Assembly: GCA_964558055.1 (NCBI GenBank)
Contig: CAZLCM010000001.1
Span: 1 to 47,422 of the forward strand
DNA from: an uncultured Isosphaeraceae bacterium
Lineage (GTDB): Bacteria > Planctomycetota > Phycisphaerae > Phycisphaerales > SM1A02
Length of the DNA stretch: 47,422 nt
Direction: 5' to 3'
Below, piece after piece: positions 1-8,546 of the stretch (within the stretch, counting starts at the first letter, position 1; every line of letters begins with the position of its first letter). The notes beneath the pieces were generated by a model. It was not told the origin of the DNA and did no database searches. It saw nothing but the letters and a program-made list of their open reading frames with translations. The translations under genes and the position numbers were made by a program.

Positions 1-117
1 GAGCGACTCTAGTAACGGCAAACTCTCGTCGATGACGGTGACATCGGCACCATCGTCTGATAAAATTTCTGCTGCGTGGGCGCCGGTCTTGCCGGCTCCA
101 CAAATAATAATATTCAT
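1..117 (-). CDS. 5' fragment of a TrkA-N type NAD-binding (Rossmann) protein, probably a K+ uptake TrkA-like protein; continues beyond the window start
   Basis: Minus-strand ATG at 117 gives MNIIICGAGKTGAHAAEILSDDGADVTVIDESLPLLESL with a GxGxxG motif. GGAGG lies 7 nt upstream (125-129). Confidence 0.6.
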   Translation of the reverse strand, partial: MNIIICGAGKTGAHAAEILSDDGADVTVIDESLPLLESL

Positions 118-342
118 GTGTATTCCTCCATTCATCGACCAAATGGTTGGGCGGGAATGATACTCTCAATGCAACAATAACCAAGTGAAAAACTGTAAAT
201 TATTTTATTAACAGCCATTAAAGCCAGTAAATGGGTATTTTGGAATAACAAATATGAAATAAACAATCTAAAGATCTTGCAATGTTTACCCACCGATCTT
301 GGTTTTTTTCTAGGTTTTTTCTGCAGAGATTGATAAAGGTTC

Positions 343-371
343 TTGACGAGCGATTAACAAATCGCCATACT
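343..371 (+). promoter_or_regulatory. candidate sigma70-type promoter for the HU/IHF-like gene
   Basis: TTGACG (343-348), 17-nt spacer, CATACT (366-371). This implies a 5' UTR of about 160 nt before ATG 540. Confidence 0.3.
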
Positions 372-539
372 TATCGTTGGAGCAGTTGTTGCCCCAACCC
401 GTTAGAAGAGAGTGGCTCGTTCAATGAGAGAAAACGAGCTTTAAATATTAGAGAAGCTGAGAGCGACCGATGCTGGAGGGAGACCCAGCAAAGTTAGTCA
501 ATCTCCTAGACAAGTTCTATTGAACAGAAAGTTTGGAAG

Positions 540-890
540 ATGCCAACAACCACCAAGAAACAGTTGATAGATAGGATTGCTTACGAAACAAAATATAAAA
601 GGAATGATGTCAGAACAATCGTTCAAACGTTTCTTGACAATGTAATCACAGAACTTGGTGAGGGGAACCGACTTGAGTTTCGGGACTTCGGAGTTTTTGA
701 ACTAAAAGATAGAGCTGCTCGCATGGCTCAGAACCCTAGGACTTTAGAACGAGTACCAGTGCCAGCGAGGCGAACGGTAAAATTTAAAATTGGACGGCTT
801 ATGAAAGAAGCCGTCGAACAAAGTGCGAATAATAAACAAGAGTTGCCGATAGTTGAAACAGTGGCTATGGAAGAAACTGTCAACGCATAA
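540..890 (+). CDS. HU/IHF-family DNA-binding protein with a short C-terminal extension
   Basis: KKQLIDRIA...GNRLEFRDFGVFELKDRAARMAQNPRTLERVPVPARRTVKFKIG matches the bacterial histone-like fold, including the beta-arm NPRT motif. Confidence 0.9.
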   Translation: MPTTTKKQLIDRIAYETKYKRNDVRTIVQTFLDNVITELGEGNRLEFRDFGVFELKDRAARMAQNPRTLERVPVPARRTVKFKIGRLMKEAVEQSANNKQELPIVETVAMEETVNA

Positions 891-1019
891 TTTAGTTGCG
901 TATTTCCGGTGGATGACCTGTCGTTTACTCTTTTCTCGTAATAATTAATAGTAAGGTGCTGCTCAAGGATGGGCAACGAAACAAGACAATCTCAAACTTC
1001 AACACTGGGAGCAAATCCA

Positions 1020-2462
1020 ATGGCGGTTGACCGCCTGATGGAAGCTCTACCTCCACACGCACTTGAGGCCGAGGGAAGTTTGCTTGGTTCAATTTTGATC
1101 GATCCAACGGTCCTCAATGACGTGCAACTTATTTTGCACGGAACAGACGATTTCTTCAAGAAAGCAAACGGGACCATCTATACATTGATGGCGGAACTTT
1201 ACGACAAGTACGAGACGGTTGACCTTGTTCAATTAGAGCAGGTAGCGAAAGATAGAAATTTGCTAGATGCGGTTGGCGGTGTTGAATATCTCGTAAAAGT
1301 TGCTCAAGCAGTGCCAAGTGCAGCAAGCGCATCCCATTACGCTCGTTTGGTGAAGGAAAAGTCGACCGTTAGGCAATTAATAGCCGCAGCAGGCGAGATT
1401 TTGCATGATTCTTATACAAGACCAGAAGATCCAATAGAGATCCTAAGTGAAGCGGAACGACGCATTTTTAGCATTGCACAGCAATCGGAACAACGTCACG
1501 CAGAACAACTAGACGATTTACTGAACGATGCGATTAGACAACTGGAAGAGAACGATGGTCGAATTATTACTGGTGTCTCTACTGGTTATCCAAATCTAGA
1601 TGAGATTACAAGTGGACTGCAACCCGGAGAAATGGTTATCGTTGCGGCAAGACCATCGATGGGAAAAACAGCCCTTGCTCTAAACATTGCTGAAAATATT
1701 GCTATGCGAGATGTTCCTGTTGGTCTCTTTAGTTTGGAAATGAGCAGGCAACAACTCGTGCAACGACTACTTAGTTCAAGGGCTTCCGTTTCGGGTCATA
1801 GCATTCGTCGCAATATGCTAAGTGATAGAGATATGGCTGCAATTATTCAAGCTGCGGACGATCTCATGAGGCGTCCTCTTTTTATTGACGACACCCCAAG
1901 TTTATCAATTACCCAGTTGAGAGCAAAAGCAAGACGTCTAAAACAATCTCACGATATTGGTGTTGTGCTTGTTGACTATTTACAGTTGATGACGAGTGGG
2001 AAACGGGCAGAGTCGAGGCAACAAGAAGTAAGCGAGATAAGCCGTGGCGTTAAGGCACTTGCACGAGAACTAAACGTTCCAGTGATTTGTTTAAGTCAGT
2101 TAAATAGAGCAGCAGAACAGCGTGAAGGACATCGTCCAAGAATGAGCGATCTTAGAGAGTCAGGTTCGATTGAACAAGATGCTGATGTTGTTGCGATGCT
2201 ACATCGCGAGTCATATTTCCATCTCAACGATCAAGCGTGGATGGAAGCAAACGAGGACAAGCACAATTTGGCTGAACTAATAATTGCAAAACAACGAAAT
2301 GGACCAACAGCAACCGTGAAGTTGACATGGGACAATTCCTGTACGAGATTCCATGACTGGACTGATATCTCACCACCGAGTGGTTCTGGTTATGCGGCAG
2401 TTGTTCCACAAGGGGACGATAATCCCTTTGCAGGCGACGACTTTGACGATCTTGCAATTTAA
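1020..2462 (+). CDS. dnaB: replicative DNA helicase DnaB
   Basis: N-domain LEAEGSLLGSIL, Walker A ARPSMGKTALAL, LVDYLQLM, IAKQRNGPT. The ORF opens at 969, but ATG 1020 has GGGAG 8 nt upstream. No intein-sized insertion. Confidence 0.95.
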   Translation: MAVDRLMEALPPHALEAEGSLLGSILIDPTVLNDVQLILHGTDDFFKKANGTIYTLMAELYDKYETVDLVQLEQVAKDRNLLDAVGGVEYLVKVAQAVPSAASASHYARLVKEKSTVRQLIAAAGEILHDSYTRPEDPIEILSEAERRIFSIAQQSEQRHAEQLDDLLNDAIRQLEENDGRIITGVSTGYPNLDEITSGLQPGEMVIVAARPSMGKTALALNIAENIAMRDVPVGLFSLEMSRQQLVQRLLSSRASVSGHSIRRNMLSDRDMAAIIQAADDLMRRPLFIDDTPSLSITQLRAKARRLKQSHDIGVVLVDYLQLMTSGKRAESRQQEVSEISRGVKALARELNVPVICLSQLNRAAEQREGHRPRMSDLRESGSIEQDADVVAMLHRESYFHLNDQAWMEANEDKHNLAELIIAKQRNGPTATVKLTWDNSCTRFHDWTDISPPSGSGYAAVVPQGDDNPFAGDDFDDLAI

Positions 2463-3442
2463 GTGCTTTGTACGGTCTCGACAAGCGTAACCCAAACTAA
2501 AAACGAAACATACAGCCCGACAAGAATTCCTCCCTCTTTTGGTTTGATTCTCTCGTCCATTGTAAGGAACCATGCAAGTAGTGAAAACACAACCATGATG
2601 CTGACGTACATCCAAGCATCGCTTGGTACTGTTATTGGATTTACGAGAATAGTTATTGGCAACACGAAAAGAATGTTAAAAATATTGGAACCAACAACAT
2701 TACCAACAGCCAAATCTGGGTGACCTTTTTTCGCAGCGATAACTGTTGTGACGACTTCGGGCAAACTTGTTGCTATCGCTACGACTGTTCCACCTACAAC
2801 TATTTCACTCATGCCAAGAGAAAGTGCTCCAGTAACAGCACCTATCTCCGTAGCCTTTCCGCCAAACCCAAGTAAGAATAAGCCGATTAGTAAGGTTACA
2901 CATGCACCAAGCATCGAATGCTTTACTTCACGAATCGCATCCTTACTTTGTGTTCCAATTTGCGACTCCTCTTCTTTGCCAATTCGGAACCAAGTCCACA
3001 TTAAAAAACAGAACAAACATAAGAAGCCCAGCGCCCAATAAGAATTCAGTGTTCCAGATAAAGTTGCAAATCCAACGAAAAAGGTTGCACCAATAAGCCA
3101 AGGGAATTCTATTCTGATAACGCGACCCGTAACTGGGAGTTTACAAATCAAAGCACCGATGCCAAGCACTAGCCCTAAGTTAGCAATATTTGAACCGAAA
3201 ATATTTCCAAGGCAAAGACCTCCATGACCGTTGATTGAAGCAATAACATTCAAGGCAAGTTCGGGAGAGCTTGTGCTAAAAGCCACAATGGTTAAACCAA
3301 TGACAAGTTTGCTAATACCAAGACGTGTCGCGATTGCAACGCTGCCGTCAACGAGTAAATGACCACCATAAATCAGCATGCCGACCCCAATGATTAATGT
3401 TATTGGGTACCAGTTCTGAGTGAATGTTAAGAATGATTCCAT
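2459..3442 (-). CDS. Na+/Ca2+ exchanger family (CaCA, YrbG-like) membrane protein
   Basis: Two alpha-repeats, GNIFGSNIANLGLVLG and GNVVGSNIFNILFV, in a polytopic hydrophobic protein. The ORF extends to TTG 3586, but ATG 3442 (MESFLTF) avoids overlap with the divergent sigma gene. Confidence 0.85.
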   Translation of the reverse strand: MESFLTFTQNWYPITLIIGVGMLIYGGHLLVDGSVAIATRLGISKLVIGLTIVAFSTSSPELALNVIASINGHGGLCLGNIFGSNIANLGLVLGIGALICKLPVTGRVIRIEFPWLIGATFFVGFATLSGTLNSYWALGFLCLFCFLMWTWFRIGKEEESQIGTQSKDAIREVKHSMLGACVTLLIGLFLLGFGGKATEIGAVTGALSLGMSEIVVGGTVVAIATSLPEVVTTVIAAKKGHPDLAVGNVVGSNIFNILFVLPITILVNPITVPSDAWMYVSIMVVFSLLAWFLTMDERIKPKEGGILVGLYVSFLVWVTLVETVQST

Positions 3443-3551
3443 CTTTGGGTAGGATTGTAGAGATGTTCCCACCAAGCACACCCCTAAATACCCTGCAATC
3501 TGGTAGGTTTTCCAACGTTGGACTGCTTCAGAGCAGTTCGTACCAAGAGAT

Positions 3552-4151
3552 ATGACCGATTCCAAAGAAAAACAAGAACTACACAATCATATTGTTGCTG
3601 CTGCAGAAGGTGATGAGAATTCGTGGAGGTTTCTTGTGGACGCCTACTCCCATAGGGTTTTTGCACTAATTCGGTCGAAATGCGGTAATGAAGAATTAGC
3701 AGAAGAGATTACACAATCTACCTTCTGCACAATTGCACAGAAATTGGCTGGTTACAGTGAAACAGGCAAGTTTGAGGCATGGATGTTTAGGATTGCCATG
3801 AACCGAATGAGGGATGAAATGCGACGCCGTAAGCGTCACGCTGTCCCAATGGAGAACGAGATGATAGGGGTATTCTCGAAGGGCATATCGGACGATGTTG
3901 ACGATGAAGAGGGGGCTAAGATAATCGAACGTCTAAGAGCCGCTGTAAGGCAGTTATCGAGCTCTGATCAAGATATTATCTATATGAGGCACAGTGCCTG
4001 CATGAGCTACAAACAGATTGCAGACGTCCTAGAAGAGCCGCTAGGCACTGTTTTAGCCCGCCAACACCGCGCCTTAGGGAAATTGAGAAGTATTATGGAT
4101 TGTGACGGTTATCTTCAAAAGAACGCGAATAAAGGGGCAATCGACGACTGA
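3552..4151 (+). CDS. ECF-type RNA polymerase sigma-70 family factor
   Basis: Region 2 (FLVDAYSHRVFALIRSK...AEEITQSTF...WMFRIAMNRMRDEMRRR) and region 4 HTH (MSYKQIADVLEEPLGTVLARQHRALGKLR), about 200 aa. Confidence 0.9.
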   Translation: MTDSKEKQELHNHIVAAAEGDENSWRFLVDAYSHRVFALIRSKCGNEELAEEITQSTFCTIAQKLAGYSETGKFEAWMFRIAMNRMRDEMRRRKRHAVPMENEMIGVFSKGISDDVDDEEGAKIIERLRAAVRQLSSSDQDIIYMRHSACMSYKQIADVLEEPLGTVLARQHRALGKLRSIMDCDGYLQKNANKGAIDD

Positions 4152-4177
4152 GGTATGCGTTAAATAGGAACTACGTT

Positions 4178-4762
4178 ATGAATTACGAGAACGGACATTT
4201 TGAACAGGAACAGAACCTAGATTTCACCCACGAAGAGTTACAACTCGAAGGGCTTCTTTCAGATTCATTGGGCGTGAATTCACCGTCTGGTCTTTCAAAT
4301 CGAATTGCTGACGCTTCAATAGATGCACTTATTGAGGGGCAACTTGACAAAGCAATGTCAGTAACTGCTCCAGAGGGTCTTTGTGAACGTGTTTATTCTG
4401 CATCAATTCCATCTCTACAAGAGCAACCCGCTGTTGTTGGTCGTATTGGCGCTTCAATCGTGTGGCGGCAGGTAGCTATGGCTGCTTGTGTTGTATTTGC
4501 AGTCCTTCTTGGAATTCGCTTTGGACTTCAATCATTACAACAGCAAGGTCAATCAATCGACCGAAGTTCAGTTGCAGTCGCATCTCCAGTCGTAGAAGTT
4601 CTTAGCGTTGAAGAAGAGGGTCTTCTCTTAGAAGATTTAAATCTTACAGAATTTGATTATCTTGCAGGAACTCGTGAATTAGCATTTGCTGATGTTGCAC
4701 AAAGCATGAACAGTTTGCGTAATGATATAGAATTATGGCAATATGGTTTGCTCACGGAGTAA
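4178..4762 (+). CDS. putative membrane-spanning anti-sigma factor (no zinc-binding motif seen)
   Basis: Starts 26 nt after the ECF sigma gene. Has a single TM segment (VWRQVAMAACVVFAVLLGIRFGL) and duplicated GLxxR(I/V)xxASI motifs. Confidence 0.6.
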   Translation: MNYENGHFEQEQNLDFTHEELQLEGLLSDSLGVNSPSGLSNRIADASIDALIEGQLDKAMSVTAPEGLCERVYSASIPSLQEQPAVVGRIGASIVWRQVAMAACVVFAVLLGIRFGLQSLQQQGQSIDRSSVAVASPVVEVLSVEEEGLLLEDLNLTEFDYLAGTRELAFADVAQSMNSLRNDIELWQYGLLTE

Positions 4763-4766
4763 TACG

Positions 4767-5489
4767 ATGAAACGTACAGCAATTCTTGGTGCATTGTTAA
4801 TTACAGCGATGGCATTTGGCATGGCTCCATCTAGCGGTACAACTTGCTGCGGAACAACCTGCATGATGCCGGCATTTATGAACTGTTTGCAACCAGTGCA
4901 CGAGAGAGAACTAGAGCGACAAAGCGACTCTGCTGGGATTCGAAGACCGAAACTATCTCCTCGTGGTAAGTCAAAAGACGTCGAAAATCAATTCGCTAGA
5001 GACCGTAAAATGCCACCAAACATGGTCGAGCATGTGATGGCAGTAGCAAAAGAAATTGACCCCGAATTAGCGGATCAATTATCGACAATGTGTGAAAATG
5101 ATCCAGAGGCCTTCCAACGTATAATTCGTAAGCAAGGTCGACGACTTGGTTCATTAATTCGCCTTCGGGAAGAAGACCCAGAATTGTTTGAGGTGAAAGT
5201 AACAGAATTAAAAACTGATGCAGAAATCTATCATAAAGCCGAGTCGCTTCGTGGTTGCGAACTTGGCACACCTGAGTCACAAGCAAAGATAGCCGAATTG
5301 CGTGGTCTTATTCGAGCTAAAACCGCACTTACAATTAGGGCTCAATCACTTTACATTATCCGTTTGGAGAAACACCTCGCTGCTTGCCGGGCAAAACTAG
5401 AAGATACAACAGCACGGTTTGATGAAATAGTTGATACCCGAGTAAATGAGTTGATTGATACTGTGCAAAATGTAGAGCAAAATGATTAA
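4767..5489 (+). CDS. secreted Cys-rich / helical protein of unknown function
   Basis: ATG 4767 has GGAG 7 nt upstream. Signal peptide MKRTAILGALLITAMAFGMAP, then TTCCGTTCMMPAFMNC, then a charged helical region. Starts 4 nt after the anti-sigma stop. Confidence 0.7.
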   Translation: MKRTAILGALLITAMAFGMAPSSGTTCCGTTCMMPAFMNCLQPVHERELERQSDSAGIRRPKLSPRGKSKDVENQFARDRKMPPNMVEHVMAVAKEIDPELADQLSTMCENDPEAFQRIIRKQGRRLGSLIRLREEDPELFEVKVTELKTDAEIYHKAESLRGCELGTPESQAKIAELRGLIRAKTALTIRAQSLYIIRLEKHLAACRAKLEDTTARFDEIVDTRVNELIDTVQNVEQND

Positions 5490-5508
5490 TACTCTTTACC
5501 ATGCGTAA

Positions 5509-6450
5509 ATGGCGCATGGAAAAGTAAACAGCAAAACATTAACTATCGTGGGATTAATCAGTGTTATTGTTTTATTTGTTGTTGCATTCTTTTGGGCAGT
5601 TTCTGACAACGGAGATGGCCGTAGGTTTGAAAGGACAAATGTATCAATCGCTCTGCAGCCACCGTCTTGGTGGATTAATCAAGATTTGGAAGAGGGGACT
5701 CTACAAGCGTCAGAAAAAACAATATCTATTTTTGGGACCGATCAGTTGGGAAGAGATTTATTTGCAAGGTGTATCGTTGGCGGAGCAATTAGCGTGTGCG
5801 TCGGGTTGTTCGCAGCAAGCATAGCGGTGTTCGTTGGTACGATTTGGGGCACAATCGCTGGGATATATGGTGGAAAAACGGACTCTGCAATGATGAGATG
5901 TGTTGATGTTTTATATGGTCTTCCATCAATTATGTTGGTTGTTTTAATAACGGTAGCGGCAAACAGTGTTATTCAGGGTAATTCTCTAAGTTCGACTGCC
6001 GCAAAGGAATCGGTGAACGTAATTGCTCTAATTATTGCAATTGGAATTGTTAGTTGGCTAACCGTTTCTAGAGTTATTCGAGGGCAAGTAAGGAGCATTG
6101 TCGCAAGACCAGCAATGGAGGCATGTAAAGTAATTGGTGTTGGTCCTACGCGAACGTTTACACACCACTTATTCCCATCGCTACTTGGCACAATTCTTGT
6201 GTACGCAACACTTACAGTTCCGACAGCGATTTTATCAGAAGCTTTTTTGAGTTTTTTGGGAATTGGAATTCGAGAACCGTTACCTAGTTGGGGCAATCTT
6301 GCTGCTGATGGTTTAGGACAGTTAAACCCGGTGCAATCTCGTTGGTGGTTGTTATTTTGGCCTTGTCTTTGTATTGCAACAACTCTTATTTCTATGAATT
6401 TCATAGGGCAGTTGTTACAGAAACGAGTTGACCCGAGATTTGCATCATAG
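5509..6450 (+). CDS. ABC transporter permease, Dpp/Opp (DppC/OppC-like) family
   Basis: N-terminal TM helix, periplasmic loop with GTDQLGRDLFARCI (OppC_N-like), BPD-transporter core with EACKVIGVGPTRTFTHHLFPS. Confidence 0.85.
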   Translation: MAHGKVNSKTLTIVGLISVIVLFVVAFFWAVSDNGDGRRFERTNVSIALQPPSWWINQDLEEGTLQASEKTISIFGTDQLGRDLFARCIVGGAISVCVGLFAASIAVFVGTIWGTIAGIYGGKTDSAMMRCVDVLYGLPSIMLVVLITVAANSVIQGNSLSSTAAKESVNVIALIIAIGIVSWLTVSRVIRGQVRSIVARPAMEACKVIGVGPTRTFTHHLFPSLLGTILVYATLTVPTAILSEAFLSFLGIGIREPLPSWGNLAADGLGQLNPVQSRWWLLFWPCLCIATTLISMNFIGQLLQKRVDPRFAS

Positions 6451-6452
6451 AT

Positions 6453-7229
6453 ATGAACACAACAGTCCTACAAACCAATGACTTGAATATCAGTTTTGGA
6501 AAACAAAATGTAGTTAATAAGATTTCATTTTGTTTGAATCAGGGTAGAACATTGGCGTTAGTTGGCGAATCGGGTTCAGGAAAAAGCGTAACGGCCATGG
6601 GGTTACTTGGCTTACTCCCTAAAGTTGCGAGCGTTACTGGAGAAGTTTTGTTTATGGAACAAAATTTGCTTGAAATTCCTCCAAGATGTCTTCGTTCTAT
6701 TCGAGGCAACAAAATAGCAATGGTGTTTCAAGAGCCGATGAGTTCTCTCAATCCCGTCTTTACTATAGGTGAACAAATTGAAGAGTCAGCACTTTTGCAC
6801 CTTAAATTATCAAAGAAATCTGCTCGTTTGGCTACTCATAAAATTATGGAAGAAGTAGGCCTTAATCAATCGAGGTTCAATGCGTACCCGCACGAATTTT
6901 CAGGGGGTATGCGGCAGCGTGTAATGATTGCAATGGCGCTAATTGGTGAACCAGAAATCTTAATCGCAGATGAACCTACAACCGCTTTGGATGCAACTAC
7001 ATCTAGGCAAATAATGGATTTACTTTCCGAATGTAAGAAACGCAGGAATATGAGCATGTTGTTCATATCTCACGATTTACATCTTGTTTCTTCAATCGCA
7101 GACGATGTTTGTGTAATGCACAATGGAGAAATCGTAGAGAGCGGTTTCGCTTTTGATGTTCTTAACAAACCTGCACACACATACACCCAAGAACTTCTCG
7201 CCTGTACTCCTAGCATTTCCCGTGCGTAA
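6453..7229 (+). CDS. ABC transporter ATP-binding protein, DppD/OppD-like
   Basis: Walker A GESGSGKS, signature FSGGMRQR, Walker B LIADEPTTALD, H-loop ISHDL. Starts 2 nt after the permease. Confidence 0.9.
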   Translation: MNTTVLQTNDLNISFGKQNVVNKISFCLNQGRTLALVGESGSGKSVTAMGLLGLLPKVASVTGEVLFMEQNLLEIPPRCLRSIRGNKIAMVFQEPMSSLNPVFTIGEQIEESALLHLKLSKKSARLATHKIMEEVGLNQSRFNAYPHEFSGGMRQRVMIAMALIGEPEILIADEPTTALDATTSRQIMDLLSECKKRRNMSMLFISHDLHLVSSIADDVCVMHNGEIVESGFAFDVLNKPAHTYTQELLACTPSISRA

Positions 7230-7249
7230 ACGATCCGCGGGATAGTTTT
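7228..7249 (+). repeat. variant copy of the 22-nt palindrome-cored repeat (AAACGATCCGCGGGATAGTTTT)
   Basis: 20/22 identity to the exact 22-mer at 29971, 30009 and 40679. Overlaps the TAA stop (7227-7229) of the ABC ATPase gene. Confidence 0.7.
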
Positions 7250-7403
7250 ATGTTAGGAAAAACGTCCGAGAACCGAAAGGAATCCTACTACGTATGAATT
7301 GTAGATACAGCACCATTTAGCTTGTGGAAAGAGCGCTGGGCAGCTTTGGTTCCTCTCTCCCCAAACCCTCGGCCCTCTCCTGCAAGTATTGGTGTTTACG
7401 GGG

Positions 7404-7421
7404 TTTGCCTTGGAAGGCAAA
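7404..7421. promoter_or_regulatory. perfect 18-bp palindrome TTTGCCTTGGAAGGCAAA, candidate operator or hairpin
   Basis: Read directly from the sequence. Lies 26 nt upstream of ATG 7448, which itself has GCAGGAG 7 nt upstream. Confidence 0.4.
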
Positions 7422-7447
7422 TTATCTACCTACGCAGGAGCAGTTCA

Positions 7448-7858
7448 ATGGTAAGCATCAACAACCAATCATTCAATCAGGCAGTGCAACAATGTTCAAA
7501 ACAAGGAACAAGCCAATCAAGGCAACAGGTTTGGACATTTATCAATGCGATGCCAGCCCTGTACTTTGTGCAATGCGGTCGAAAATCATGCCCAGTTCCT
7601 TGGGTTATGTTTGAAGAAGATGTTCCAATAGCAATGGTATTCACTGAGTCCGAGTATGCTTTAAAAGCAGCAAAGTCAATTATTGAAAATGGTGAGAATG
7701 TGAGGGTTGTCGGTCTCCCAACAAATGCCGCTTCCATGTATATGACAGCAATTGCTGCACAGGGAGTTCCATCCGTATGTTTTAATCACGGCCCACAAAG
7801 GTTTGACGCAACAATGGATGAGGTCTTGCTATCGCTTGGTTCGATGACTAGATTTTAG
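7448..7858 (+). CDS. hypothetical protein (weak, unverified SseB-like resemblance)
   Basis: In-frame ATG 7448 with an AGGAG Shine-Dalgarno. The upstream part of the 7322 ORF is Pro/Ser-rich, higher-GC and non-genic looking. 136 aa. Confidence 0.55.
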   Translation: MVSINNQSFNQAVQQCSKQGTSQSRQQVWTFINAMPALYFVQCGRKSCPVPWVMFEEDVPIAMVFTESEYALKAAKSIIENGENVRVVGLPTNAASMYMTAIAAQGVPSVCFNHGPQRFDATMDEVLLSLGSMTRF

Positions 7859-7859
7859 T

Positions 7860-8162
7860 TTATGGTTGTAGTTCTCGACCAGTTTCTATGTCAAGCACAG
7901 ACCAGTCAAATTGTTTTGCGAGTCGAACGATTGGAAGCCAAGCAATCTCTTCTTCAACAATGTTGAGAAGCATCTGGTTGACGGGATCCTCTGGAGGTAG
8001 TTCAATTTTAATACCTGGTCCCCAAAGCGTATCGCTTCCTTCAGATTCCGCCATTGTATTAAACCTAGCAAGCGATTCAATAATTTCAGATTTCGTACCA
8101 AGCGATACTCGCCTACCATCAGGATTGGCTGTGCGTGATTGGATGACAAACTGTTTACTCAT
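7860..8162 (-). CDS. hypothetical 100-aa protein, last gene of the lpxL-family/receiver operon
   Basis: Starts 3 nt downstream of the receiver gene stop, same strand. No recognisable motif. Confidence 0.55.
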   Translation of the reverse strand: MSKQFVIQSRTANPDGRRVSLGTKSEIIESLARFNTMAESEGSDTLWGPGIKIELPPEDPVNQMLLNIVEEEIAWLPIVRLAKQFDWSVLDIETGRELQP

Positions 8163-8165
8163 GTA

Positions 8166-8546
8166 TTAATCTTCTTCTCTAAGTAGGCAGGATACCGTAT
8201 CAATGAGTTTGTCGAGACCTACTGGCTTAATGAGATACGCGGCGACACCCAAAGCAGTTGCATAAGCCATGTGACGTTTGCCTTCATTTGCTGTCACCAT
8301 GACAACAATTGGATTTGTTTCCATGCTTAGAATCTCCTCAATCACAAGAAAACCGGATCTTTTTGGTAGCATCATGTCCAAGATAACAGCATCTGGTTGT
8401 TTTGAAGTAGTCATCGATACAGCTTCGGTTCCATCCTCAGCGAGAAATGTCATTGCACCCTCAGCCCTCATAGCGAGATCGAAGGATGCAAGAATATCTG
8501 GGTCATCATCAACTATTAATATTTTGTATCCATCAAGCCGTTTCAT
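8166..8546 (-). CDS. stand-alone response-regulator receiver (CheY-like) protein
   Basis: ILIVDDDPD, phospho-acceptor context AVILDMMLP, MVTA, conserved Lys in YLIKP. No output domain. Confidence 0.9.
   Translation of the reverse strand: MKRLDGYKILIVDDDPDILASFDLAMRAEGAMTFLAEDGTEAVSMTTSKQPDAVILDMMLPKRSGFLVIEEILSMETNPIVVMVTANEGKRHMAYATALGVAAYLIKPVGLDKLIDTVSCLLREED

Noticed and set aside
271-309. Terminator-like hairpin AAGATC-18nt-GATCTT followed by T-runs
   Set aside because: The stem is weak (6 bp, AT-rich) with a long loop, and there is no identifiable + strand transcript to terminate. Not called.
282-497. 71-aa ORF in the trkA-like/HU intergenic region
   Set aside because: It has odd composition (W/R/C-rich) and no Shine-Dalgarno. 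It spans the predicted HU promoter and 5' UTR, so it is more likely non-coding leader.
5973-6404. 143-aa antisense ORF within the ABC permease gene
   Set aside because: No motif and no start context, while the sense frame has the conserved permease signature.
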